Origin: Candidatus Amesbacteria bacterium GW2011_GWB1_47_19
GTDB taxonomy: Bacteria > Patescibacteriota > Microgenomatia > CAZETR01 > Amesbacteraceae
Length of the DNA stretch: 42,362 bases
Assembly: GCA_001002325.1 (NCBI GenBank)
Contig: LCNZ01000006.1
Coordinates: 66,130-108,491 of the forward strand
Direction of reading: 5' to 3'
The notes under the pieces were generated by a model that ran no database searches, was not told the origin of the DNA, and worked only from the letters and a program-made list of their open reading frames with translations. This document shows positions 34,582 through 42,362 of the stretch, piece after piece; the stretch's first letter is position 1; each line of letters opens with the position of its first letter. A program made the translations under genes and the position numbers.

Positions 34582-35226
34582 TTATTCGCAAATTATCAGT
34601 AGGTTGGTCAGAACGCGGTGAAGACGGACAGAGGGAAAAATTTTGCCCAGTTTTTTAACTAACTCTTCGGCCGTCTGACGTTTAGGCGGATCATAAAAAA
34701 GGTGATTAATAACTACTAATTTACCTAATTGACCCAATTGACCTAAAAATTTTTCCGAATATACGAATTGCGGAATTTGGTCGCCGAGATAGAGGTCTAC
34801 AAGAACGAAGTCAAAGTTTAAGTTTAAGTTGCGGATATAAGAGTTGGCGTCGGCCTTGATGATTTCCAGATTGGGGATTTGATCCAGACCGAGGTATTTT
34901 TTACCCAGGTCAATCATCACCGGGTCGATTTCGACGCCGACGATGCGGATCCCGGGAAAAGCTTTAGAAATTATTCCAGCAACGGTTCCACCAGCAAGAC
35001 CCAAAATTAGACAGGTTCTAGGTTTTAGGTTATAGGTTTTAGACAATGATTTGATTACCGGACGCCAGACATCGGCTACCAGCCCGCCACTCTGGGTTAA
35101 AACACCTGTGGCGATATATTTCTGTCCACCTGTCTGCATTACCCGGATTTGGCCGCTGAAGCGGGAATTAACCGTGGTTACTACCCGGGGAGAGAAAAGG
35201 TTGGAGATGAGGTTACTGATAGACAT
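34582..35226 (-). CDS. spermidine-synthase-like SAM-dependent methyltransferase-fold protein
   Basis: It has ILGLAGGTVAGIISKAFPGIRIVGVEIDP (SAM-fold GxGxG plus an acidic residue). The start at ATG 35226 (MSISNL) overlaps the upstream gene by 14 nt. The longer track ORF would overlap by 143 nt. Confidence 0.7.
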   Translation of the reverse strand: MSISNLISNLFSPRVVTTVNSRFSGQIRVMQTGGQKYIATGVLTQSGGLVADVWRPVIKSLSKTYNLKPRTCLILGLAGGTVAGIISKAFPGIRIVGVEIDPVMIDLGKKYLGLDQIPNLEIIKADANSYIRNLNLNFDFVLVDLYLGDQIPQFVYSEKFLGQLGQLGKLVVINHLFYDPPKRQTAEELVKKLGKIFPSVRLHRVLTNLLIICE

Positions 35227-36760
35227 AGGAGGATATCTGAATTGCAGTTTTTTCGGCAATTTCAGGAGAGGTGGGCCGGATACGGTGATAAATCCGCAGG
35301 CGCACCCCGCCAGCCAGATCAAACGTCCGGGGTAAAGGCAAGAAATCTTTGGCAATGTCCCAATTGTCCATGAAGGCGGTGTAAACTACACTAACTACTT
35401 TTTGTTTCGACTCGGGTAAATGATGCTGAAAAGGTTGGGAGAGAACAACATATTCAGCCTGCAGCAGATCCTGTAGGGGTAGCCAGTCGCGGGAATCAAC
35501 CTGGGGTGAAATCAGAATATGTAATTTGGGACCGTCGGTATTTAAAATTTTATCCGCTTCAAACAGCAGGTCATCATTCATGATCAGTGAAGAATCGACC
35601 ACGTAAATCGGGTCGGAAGCTGTGGTTATGGTTCGTAAATATGCGACCAATTGAACTATTTGGTCATAATCTGTGCGAACCAGAGGAGGCGTCGGAGCGG
35701 ACAGCAGTATATTATTACCGATTCGATAGCCGAATAGTCCCCAGAAAAAGTTAACACAGAGAAAAAGGACCATAAATATCCCGGCAAACCTGAGGCGGTG
35801 GTGCAGGAGATGGGAGACCAAGCCCAGAATAATCAGAAAATTAAAATGCAGGGCATACTGAGATCCGGGTTGACGGACAATAAATATCCAGATAAAAAGG
35901 GAGATTAATGCCAGCAAATTTACCTGGCGGGGTAAATATTTCATACCTAAAATTGACAGAGTCCAGACGATCAGACCGAAAAATGTAAGAAAATAAATAA
36001 ACACAGACCAAGGAGAAACCATATAAGATGAATAAAGAACCAGGTAGTTGGTAGTCAGAGCCCGGATGAGAAAGGGTCTGCCGAAAACAAGTAGAAAACA
36101 TAAACTAACACCAGCGGTCAGACCGGCACGGTAAATATTCTTGGGTGAATAGAGAACCAGAGAGATGAAAAAAGCCAGAGCCGGATAGGCGAAATGACGC
36201 CGGAAGAGAACCATAACTCCGAGAAGAATTCCCAAAATAATAATCCGGCGGTAACTTTTTAGCAGCGGATCGGGTATGTAAATTGAGAGAGCCAAAACCA
36301 ACAGCAGGGCACCTCCTATGTCAGGAGTTCCCCGCAAGGTAGTTACCCAGGAAAATGGAGTAAATATAACCATAAAGGCGGTTATCCAAAAAGCCGGACG
36401 GGGAGTGGTTTTAAATATGCGTGAAGCCAGATATCCCAGGGCTATGGCATAAGCCAGCTGATATACCAAAGCCAGGCTGGTAATATATCCCAAGCGGGAT
36501 CCGCCGAAAACCAAAATCAACGGGATCAGGGGGAGAGCAAAGATATTATTGTATTCATAACTTAAAGTCCGACTGACCAGGGGAATGACAGACGGGAGGC
36601 TAGTGCGGAAAGTGTCTGCCAGATGAAAGGCCGAATTCTGATAATATAAATTGTCCCAGAAATAGAAGTAGCGTTCGCGGGAAACATAGGTAAAGACCAG
36701 AATGAAGATAAGGGCTACCATAAGACTAAAAAACCCCAGGTCGGAGACAGCTTTCGGCAT
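35213..36760 (-). CDS. polytopic membrane protein, ArnT/PMT-like GT-C glycosyltransferase candidate
   Basis: More than 10 TM helices plus a soluble C-terminal domain. The start is ambiguous. I chose ATG 36760 (MPKAVSD), 4 nt after the upstream stop. The track start at 36874 would overlap the upstream ORF by 110 nt. Confidence 0.7.
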   Translation of the reverse strand: MPKAVSDLGFFSLMVALIFILVFTYVSRERYFYFWDNLYYQNSAFHLADTFRTSLPSVIPLVSRTLSYEYNNIFALPLIPLILVFGGSRLGYITSLALVYQLAYAIALGYLASRIFKTTPRPAFWITAFMVIFTPFSWVTTLRGTPDIGGALLLVLALSIYIPDPLLKSYRRIIILGILLGVMVLFRRHFAYPALAFFISLVLYSPKNIYRAGLTAGVSLCFLLVFGRPFLIRALTTNYLVLYSSYMVSPWSVFIYFLTFFGLIVWTLSILGMKYLPRQVNLLALISLFIWIFIVRQPGSQYALHFNFLIILGLVSHLLHHRLRFAGIFMVLFLCVNFFWGLFGYRIGNNILLSAPTPPLVRTDYDQIVQLVAYLRTITTASDPIYVVDSSLIMNDDLLFEADKILNTDGPKLHILISPQVDSRDWLPLQDLLQAEYVVLSQPFQHHLPESKQKVVSVVYTAFMDNWDIAKDFLPLPRTFDLAGGVRLRIYHRIRPTSPEIAEKTAIQISSYVYQ

Positions 36761-36764
36761 CTTG

Positions 36765-37226
36765 TTATCCGGAGCCCAGATCACGTTGACCGGCATCTTT
36801 GTAGAAGAAATAGAAAAGGGCGGCTTTGGTTTTTCGTAAGGCATGAATTTTTTTGAGAACCTGGACGTAAGCATCGTGAAGATGCTGATTCAAAAGCATC
36901 GGCAAACGGCGTTCCAGCTGGCGTACCCGAAAATCCAAAGCTTCCGTCCGGGACATTAATTGACCTTCCGGAGTCCGCAGACGAAACGCTTCCAGATCGT
37001 CCAGATTGTCCCACTCTCCGGATTCGACTCGGGAGCGGAGTTCTTCTTCGGCGGATCGGGAGGTGGAGGAGGAATGCGATGGGGGCGAAGAAGGGGGGAT
37101 AAAAGACTCATCTACTACCGTACCTTCCAATACTTCCTCTTCTTTGACCTGGGATTCATTCGTTTGATTCAGCTGCCGGGCCAACTCGTCCGTAATCTGC
37201 TGGGAAGTGACAATAGTATTGTCCAT
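36765..37226 (-). CDS. hypothetical acidic protein
   Basis: 153-aa ORF between the ABC exporter and the GT-C-like gene. It has a low-complexity Ser/Pro segment and no recognised motif. Confidence 0.45.
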   Translation of the reverse strand: MDNTIVTSQQITDELARQLNQTNESQVKEEEVLEGTVVDESFIPPSSPPSHSSSTSRSAEEELRSRVESGEWDNLDDLEAFRLRTPEGQLMSRTEALDFRVRQLERRLPMLLNQHLHDAYVQVLKKIHALRKTKAALFYFFYKDAGQRDLGSG

Positions 37227-37245
37227 GGATAGAATTTTACCACCC

Positions 37246-39057
37246 CTATTTGTAACTTTTGGCCTGGAGGGAGAAGAGGTGGGAGTAGGTACCTTTGAGT
37301 TTAAGAAGCTGGTTATGGCTACCGGACTCGGACACCTGACCGTCTTTGATAACTAAAATCCGGTCTGCCTGGCGAACAGTGTTAAAGCGATGGGAAACTA
37401 AAACAATAATCTTCTTTCGGCCCAAAGTCAGAATTTGATTGAAAATATTCTCTTCAGCCTGGGGATCAACATTGCTGGTAGGCTCGTCAAGAATAATTAT
37501 TTGGGATTTGCGAAAAAGAGTTCGGGAAAGGGCGATTCTTTGCCATTGACCTTTTGAAGGTTCTATCCCCTGATCAAATTCCTTGGTGAGAGGATTGTCA
37601 TAACCCAGGGGCAGACGGGAAATAAATGAGTCAATGTCCGTAAGTTTGGCGGCCTCACGGATTTCGTTTAGCGAGTTTATCCTGGACACATCCCCGTAGC
37701 CGATACTTTCTCTGGCAGTAAAGGGGTATTGACTAAAGTCCTGAAACAGGACACCGATATTTTTCCAATATTCCTGTTGGTCGTAATTGTTGATATTTAT
37801 TCCATCAATCAAAATTTCACCCCTGTCAGGACGATAAAAACCGACCAAAAGTTTGATGAGAGTCGACTTCCCGGCCCCATTCTCCCCGATGAGGGCAATG
37901 TTTTCCATGGATTTAATTTGGAGATTAATATCTTTGAGTATCCAGTCCGGGGAATTGGGATATTTAAACCAAACATGCCGAAATTCCAAACCCGATGTAA
38001 TATTTTTCGGAAATGGTTTATGACCGGACGGATGTTTTGTTTCCAGGCTTAAAAACTCCGATAAATCCTGAACAAACAAATAATTTTCATAGAGCCTGAC
38101 GCCGCTATTTACCAGCATGGCGAAGCCGTTACCTAATGTGTTGGCGGCCTGGTAGAGAAGCTGGGCAGTACCGAGAGAGATTTTCCCAATTATTGCTAAA
38201 ATAAAGAAGTAGGAATTTAAGGCCAGTAACAGAATATTGTTGGGGATGTCTGCTAAATTTCTGAGTTTTGCCCGGGTCATTCTTCTTTCAAATTGAGCTT
38301 GTCTGACTTCATTCTGAACACCGGCCAGTTTCTTTATGAGATAGGCTGAATTTCCCAGAATGTTATTTTCATATAAATGTTTTATATTGGTCAGGTGATA
38401 GCTAATCCAACCCCATATCCGCCATTTCTGGCTCAATTTCTCGGAGAGTTCGTAATCCAGTTTAGCGACTTTGGTATTGGCAATAATTTCGGGAATCCGG
38501 ACAATCACAACTAACAGACCAATCAGGGGGTTGAAAATAAAAATGGGGGCAATTCCGGAGGCAAGTGTAAAAATGGCGTTAGGAATGTCCGAAATGGGAG
38601 AAACCATATTCCAGACCCGCGATCCGGATTCCCTCTCAATCTTTTTGTACTGATCCTGAAAATCCGACGATTCTACTGTGGGAATATCCAGGGTATTTAT
38701 TTTTTCGGCCAGAATTTTTTCCACATGATCATTAATTTGACTGGTGAGTTGATCCGAATACGCCATATTAATCCGGGATAAAACAGATCGGGATAAATCG
38801 ATAATGAAGCGGACAAACAGAATCAGGAGAATATTTTTTATCGGATCTACCCAATCACTTTTTCCGATATTGTTTACGACAATATCTATTAATAATTTAT
38901 TGATGTATAGCGCCGGAAGATTGGTCAGACCCCAAAATGAATTGATGACGGTTACCATAATCAATAATCCGGAATTTACTTGATAGGCGATTGATAGCAC
39001 CTGCCGGTATGTTTGCCAGAAACGACGAAGGGGAGAAAGACGATGAATAATTGCCAT
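37246..39057 (-). CDS. ABC transporter, fused permease/ATPase (MsbA-like exporter)
   Basis: 603 aa with an N-terminal 6-TM domain. It has Walker A GENGAGKST, signature-like SKGQWQRIALSR, Walker B IIILDEPTS and H-loop VSHR. Confidence 0.9.
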   Translation of the reverse strand: MAIIHRLSPLRRFWQTYRQVLSIAYQVNSGLLIMVTVINSFWGLTNLPALYINKLLIDIVVNNIGKSDWVDPIKNILLILFVRFIIDLSRSVLSRINMAYSDQLTSQINDHVEKILAEKINTLDIPTVESSDFQDQYKKIERESGSRVWNMVSPISDIPNAIFTLASGIAPIFIFNPLIGLLVVIVRIPEIIANTKVAKLDYELSEKLSQKWRIWGWISYHLTNIKHLYENNILGNSAYLIKKLAGVQNEVRQAQFERRMTRAKLRNLADIPNNILLLALNSYFFILAIIGKISLGTAQLLYQAANTLGNGFAMLVNSGVRLYENYLFVQDLSEFLSLETKHPSGHKPFPKNITSGLEFRHVWFKYPNSPDWILKDINLQIKSMENIALIGENGAGKSTLIKLLVGFYRPDRGEILIDGININNYDQQEYWKNIGVLFQDFSQYPFTARESIGYGDVSRINSLNEIREAAKLTDIDSFISRLPLGYDNPLTKEFDQGIEPSKGQWQRIALSRTLFRKSQIIILDEPTSNVDPQAEENIFNQILTLGRKKIIVLVSHRFNTVRQADRILVIKDGQVSESGSHNQLLKLKGTYSHLFSLQAKSYK

Positions 39058-39066
39058 CAGTAAATT

Positions 39067-40392
39067 CTACTTCCGGGAGGTGATTTTGTCTTTACCCATG
39101 TATGGACGGAGAGCTTCGGGGACGGTGACTGTGCCGTCGGCGTTCTGATAATTTTCCAGTATGGCAATGAGCATTCTGCCCATGGGGATACCGGTATCAT
39201 TAACAGTATGTACATACTTTCTTTGCCCCTGACTATCAAGATACCGGATATTCAACCGGCGAGCCTGATAATCCCAGGCGTCCGTATTGGAACCCAACTC
39301 GATAAATTCTTTCTGTCCCGGCAGCCAACCCTCCAAATCATACTGTAAATAGGTGGCATTATAGCCGCAATCGCGGGAACACTTCATAATTACGCGGTAG
39401 GGTAAGTTCAGCTGTTGCATCAGCCATTCATTAATACTTCGCAGATATTCCATCATTTCTTCCGATTTATCCTGTGCAGTCAATGCGTCCATTTCCAATT
39501 TATCAAACTGATGAACCCGTTTCAGTCCGCGGACATCTTTTCCCCACGAACCCACTTCACTTCTGAAACAGTGGGTATAGGCAAAGAATTTCTTCGGCAG
39601 ATCTTTTTCCGATAAAGTCCTGCCCATGTAATATGCAAACAGGGGCGGTTCGGATGAACCTACCAGAAATAGCTGTTGGTTTTCCTCCACATTTTGAGTA
39701 CCTACTTCATAAACCTGATCGCGGCCTTCGGGGAAATGGCTAGTTCCGAACAACACCTGTTCCCTGACCATGACCGGGACTATCATGGGTTCGAATCCCT
39801 CCTGCACCAATTTATTTTTGAGCAATTCGAAGAGGGCAAATTGTAAGAGAGCGGCATCCCCTTTGAGGTAGGCGAAACGCGACCCTGAAGTGACAGCGCT
39901 TTGTTCGACATCAATAATATTCAGCTCTTTTCCCAAATCCACATGATCCCTGACAGGAAAATCCTTTAACGGCATATATTGGGCGGAGTTGAAACCTTTC
40001 CCCAACTTGTTTTGGTCCAAATATTTCCGGTCCGGATTCCAGACCGCCAATTCAACATGATCAGCATCTCCATTACCCTCGGGCATGCGGGGTGAAGACA
40101 TGTTCGGTATCCGGGACAACAGATCAAGTGCTGTTTTTTCTGATTTATCCAGCCGGTTCTCCAACTTTTTCAATTCCTCACGCTGCTGTCTTAATTTTTT
40201 TAGTTCCTCAGGATTTGGTTTTTTGGCGGATGAAATATTTCTTGAGGCCCGGAGTTTTTCGACCTGCCCAATCAGATCCCGGTGTTCTTTGTCTGCCTTC
40301 AGGAAATCATCAACGCTGACTTTCCCACCCCGAAAATTTATATTCTTGCGGACCAACTCCGGGTTTTCCCTGACAAATTTTATATCCAACAT
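39067..40392 (-). CDS. serS: seryl-tRNA synthetase
   Basis: 441 aa. It has MLDIKFVRENPELV, an N-terminal coiled-coil arm and a class II core (FRSEVGSWGKDVRGLKRVHQF, GSNTDAWDYQARR). Confidence 0.92.
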   Translation of the reverse strand: MLDIKFVRENPELVRKNINFRGGKVSVDDFLKADKEHRDLIGQVEKLRASRNISSAKKPNPEELKKLRQQREELKKLENRLDKSEKTALDLLSRIPNMSSPRMPEGNGDADHVELAVWNPDRKYLDQNKLGKGFNSAQYMPLKDFPVRDHVDLGKELNIIDVEQSAVTSGSRFAYLKGDAALLQFALFELLKNKLVQEGFEPMIVPVMVREQVLFGTSHFPEGRDQVYEVGTQNVEENQQLFLVGSSEPPLFAYYMGRTLSEKDLPKKFFAYTHCFRSEVGSWGKDVRGLKRVHQFDKLEMDALTAQDKSEEMMEYLRSINEWLMQQLNLPYRVIMKCSRDCGYNATYLQYDLEGWLPGQKEFIELGSNTDAWDYQARRLNIRYLDSQGQRKYVHTVNDTGIPMGRMLIAILENYQNADGTVTVPEALRPYMGKDKITSRK

Positions 40393-40395
40393 GGT

Positions 40396-41013
40396 TTAAA
40401 GGGCATGGGTTGATAAATCTGATTTTATACTTTTTAAGTGGGAAAAGTCATTGAGATATTCGATCCGGACCGGACTATGAGCCGTGAAGAGGGAAACGCC
40501 GGTAGGTTGGAGAGGATAGTCGAGCGTACGGTTTAAGTCCGAGTTCAAGAGATTGACAATAATTGACTGGATAATATTTATGTGGGTGATTACGGCAAAA
40601 GATCCGGATCGGCGGGTTATTTGCCAAAACCAGGTCATAGCCCGGGTAGCGGTTTCGGTGAAAGCTTCCCCACCGGGGAAAACTACTTCTGCAGGACAGG
40701 TCAGCCAACAGTGATAAAGATCCGGCCAGCGAGCGGAGATTTCGGATTTTGACAAACCTTCCCAAGCACCGTGGTTTGTCTCCAGCAGACCCGTATCAGT
40801 TTCGACCCGACCCAGTCCGGAGGCAGTCTGTACTGCGCGCCTGAGGGGACTGGAAATTACTCGGTCGAAATTTTGTGCCCGGAAGCGGTCTGATAAAGCC
40901 CGTGCCTGGTGGCGGCCAAGGGGGGATAAATCGGTGTCGTATGTCTGACCCTGATAAATCCCCGCTGCATTAGCCAGGGACTCGGCATGTCTGATTAAGA
41001 ATATTTTGGTCAT
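40396..41013 (-). CDS. histidine phosphatase superfamily protein
   Basis: The start at ATG 41013 gives MTKIFLIRHAESLAN (RHG-type motif), with a later ITHINI His. It ends 3 nt before the serS start. Confidence 0.8.
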   Translation of the reverse strand: MTKIFLIRHAESLANAAGIYQGQTYDTDLSPLGRHQARALSDRFRAQNFDRVISSPLRRAVQTASGLGRVETDTGLLETNHGAWEGLSKSEISARWPDLYHCWLTCPAEVVFPGGEAFTETATRAMTWFWQITRRSGSFAVITHINIIQSIIVNLLNSDLNRTLDYPLQPTGVSLFTAHSPVRIEYLNDFSHLKSIKSDLSTHAL

Positions 41014-41021
41014 GGACAAAT

Positions 41022-41047
41022 AAAAAAACTCGCAAATGATTGCGAGC
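41022..41047 (-). terminator. intrinsic terminator hairpin immediately upstream of the histidine phosphatase-serS operon
   Basis: The minus-strand RNA is GCUCGCAA-UCAU-UUGCGAG followed by UUUUUUU. It ends 8 nt before ATG 41013. Confidence 0.7.
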
Positions 41048-41174
41048 TGCGGTTTCAGGTGCCACCTCAACTAATACTTAATTTACTGCTGTTACGGGCT
41101 GACCCGGGCTACTTCGCTAAAGCTATGAAGCCGGCATCGTCCGATGGAATTCGGACTCAAACGCCTTTGAATAT
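41022..41174 (-). promoter_or_regulatory. non-coding leader of about 150 nt with a T-box-like core; candidate tRNA-sensing attenuator or other riboswitch/sRNA
   Basis: It is bounded by a strong promoter and an intrinsic terminator. The RNA contains UUGAGGUGGCACCUG (core at 41066..41058), compared with the T-box consensus UUAGGGUGGNACCGC. The GAG of this core can pair with the CUC of the terminator 5' strand. Confidence 0.4.
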
Positions 41175-41180
41175 CCAGAA

Positions 41181-41208
41181 ATTATAACAGACCCGGATTT
41201 AATAGCAA
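41181..41208 (-). promoter_or_regulatory. sigma70-type promoter with an extended -10
   Basis: The minus strand reads TTGCTA (41208..41203), a 16-nt spacer ending in TGT, then TATAAT (41186..41181). Confidence 0.55.
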
Positions 41209-41222
41209 CATTGACATATACG

Positions 41223-41246
41223 CCGTTTGTACGATCGTACAAACGG
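41223..41246. repeat. perfect 24-bp palindrome
   Basis: CCGTTTGTACGATCGTACAAACGG, with all 12 pairs complementary. It lies 17 nt after the stop of the 41264..41773 ORF and 14 nt upstream of the -35 box. Confidence 0.9.
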
Positions 41247-41263
41247 GGTCGTAGAGGAGGGCA

Positions 41264-41773
41264 TCAGAATCCGGGTCTACGCAAGTTGGATACGAACGCA
41301 AGTTCACTTTGCCGGGCTGCATTCTGCATCCTTTCCACCATTTCGGGGGGGAAATTTCTCATATTGTAATTTTTTTCGGGATCAAAAAAGTCTTTGTTTC
41401 CCCAAGCAATATTAAAGCTAATTAATGCGATATCATCCGGGCTTAATGTGATTATATCAACGAATTTAGCCGCTTCAGGTTCCAAGGGGAGGGTGGCAGC
41501 AATTTCTGCAGCCTGATTAACCAACTTCACTAAATAAGAGGCTATCCCAGATAATGATTCCCGTTTTGAGCTAACCAATTTTAAATTGGGTAAAAATTCT
41601 TCGAAAATAACTCTAAGAGAGGATATTTGAAAATTTTTCAGGTGATCTGCCTCTATATCAGGATATTTTTGCGGCGTTATGCCGGCAGTATTTCCCGCCG
41701 CTACGTCTTTCCTTGCTGACTCAACCTGCTGATTGTATGTCCGGACGTTATTATTCGGGGTCTCCAGAGTCAT
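41264..41773 (-). CDS. hypothetical protein
   Basis: 169-aa ORF with no recognised motif. Confidence 0.5.
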   Translation of the reverse strand: MTLETPNNNVRTYNQQVESARKDVAAGNTAGITPQKYPDIEADHLKNFQISSLRVIFEEFLPNLKLVSSKRESLSGIASYLVKLVNQAAEIAATLPLEPEAAKFVDIITLSPDDIALISFNIAWGNKDFFDPEKNYNMRNFPPEMVERMQNAARQSELAFVSNLRRPGF

Positions 41774-41827
41774 GCGGCAGATTGTACTACAGGCTCAACC
41801 TATGAGCAATGGATGATTCGGAGAGGT

Positions 41828-42034
41828 TCAGGAGTAATGAACTTTGGCGGCAACCGCGTAAACGATGACTCCAACAGCCATAAGCCCGAATTTTATATAT
41901 GGTTCATTATCAACAAACAGAGCCAAACCTTCAATGAGGGTACCGTTGGCGATTAATAGGCCGGTAATTAGCCTGCGGTCCGGTGGCCGGGGGGGTGGCG
42001 GGGGACGATTATAATCCCGTTCATAATCTGACAT
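41828..42034 (-). CDS. small membrane protein with a proline-rich N-terminus
   Basis: 68 aa with RPPPPPRPP followed by two hydrophobic helices. Confidence 0.45.
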   Translation of the reverse strand: MSDYERDYNRPPPPPRPPDRRLITGLLIANGTLIEGLALFVDNEPYIKFGLMAVGVIVYAVAAKVHYS

Positions 42035-42046
42035 ACTATGGGGCGA

Positions 42047-42362
42047 TTATATACCCAATTCCGGAGAAATCGACTGCATGGCGGAGAGAGACAGGGAAAT
42101 GAAATCTTCAAGTTTGATACCCAGTTTCTGCTCACACAGGGCGATCTGTTCGCGATGAGCACCGGCGGCGAATGATTTTTGGGTGAATTTTTTCATTACG
42201 GCCTCGGGAGTAACCGAGGACAGTTTTTTGTCCGGCATAACCAAGGCAACGGCGACAATCAGACCGGTCAGTTCGTCACAACAATAAAGCGACCATTCCA
42301 GCTTATTGGCAGGCGGATTTTTACCGGTATGAGCGAAGTTGTGGGAAAGAATAGCGGAGAGA
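42047..42362 (-). CDS. HD-superfamily hydrolase (COG2316-like), C-terminal part; the gene continues beyond the window end
   Basis: The frame is open to position 42362. It reads SAILSHNFAHTGKNPPANKLEWSLYCCDELTGLIVAVALVMPDKKLSSVTPEAVMKKFTQKSFAAGAHRE. The track shows only the part after an internal TTG. Confidence 0.6.
   Translation of the reverse strand, partial: LSAILSHNFAHTGKNPPANKLEWSLYCCDELTGLIVAVALVMPDKKLSSVTPEAVMKKFTQKSFAAGAHREQIALCEQKLGIKLEDFISLSLSAMQSISPELGI

Overview
This is a bacterial window that uses TGA as a stop codon (standard code 11). About 90% of it is coding and most genes are on the minus strand. I could not place the organism. The mix of giant surface proteins, many polytopic glycosyltransferase-like membrane proteins and very short leaders suggests an uncultivated, possibly CPR/Patescibacteria-like lineage, but that is inference only. 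Housekeeping anchors are secA, serS, murC and an MsbA-like ABC exporter. Other content, in order: (i) a DNA-damage-tolerance cluster of a YdjM-like hydrolase, a small unknown ORF, a Y-family polymerase and an SRAP peptidase, downstream of a NOX/FRE-like flavocytochrome. (ii) A roughly 16.5 kb, visibly more A+T-rich segment bracketed by a 159-bp duplication of the 3' end of the membrane-protein gene at 6049..7488. It carries a frameshifted giant FG-GAP/LamG/PKD surface protein, a giant S8 subtilisin-like protease, a tightly coupled five-gene operon (radical SAM, GT2, truncated ProRS-like, histidine phosphatase, MurC) and a HepT/MNT toxin-antitoxin pair. A conserved 40-nt motif lies upstream of three transcription units in this segment. 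(iii) A decayed accessory patch with a cytochrome b5-like gene, a split Nudix gene and a 162-bp MITE-like element with perfect inverted repeats and target-site duplication. (iv) A processive GT2 synthase with a GH26-like hydrolase. (v) A roughly 150-nt promoter-to-terminator leader in front of the histidine phosphatase-serS operon that contains a T-box-like GGUGGCACC core. All functional calls rest on motifs read by eye from the translations. No database search was run.
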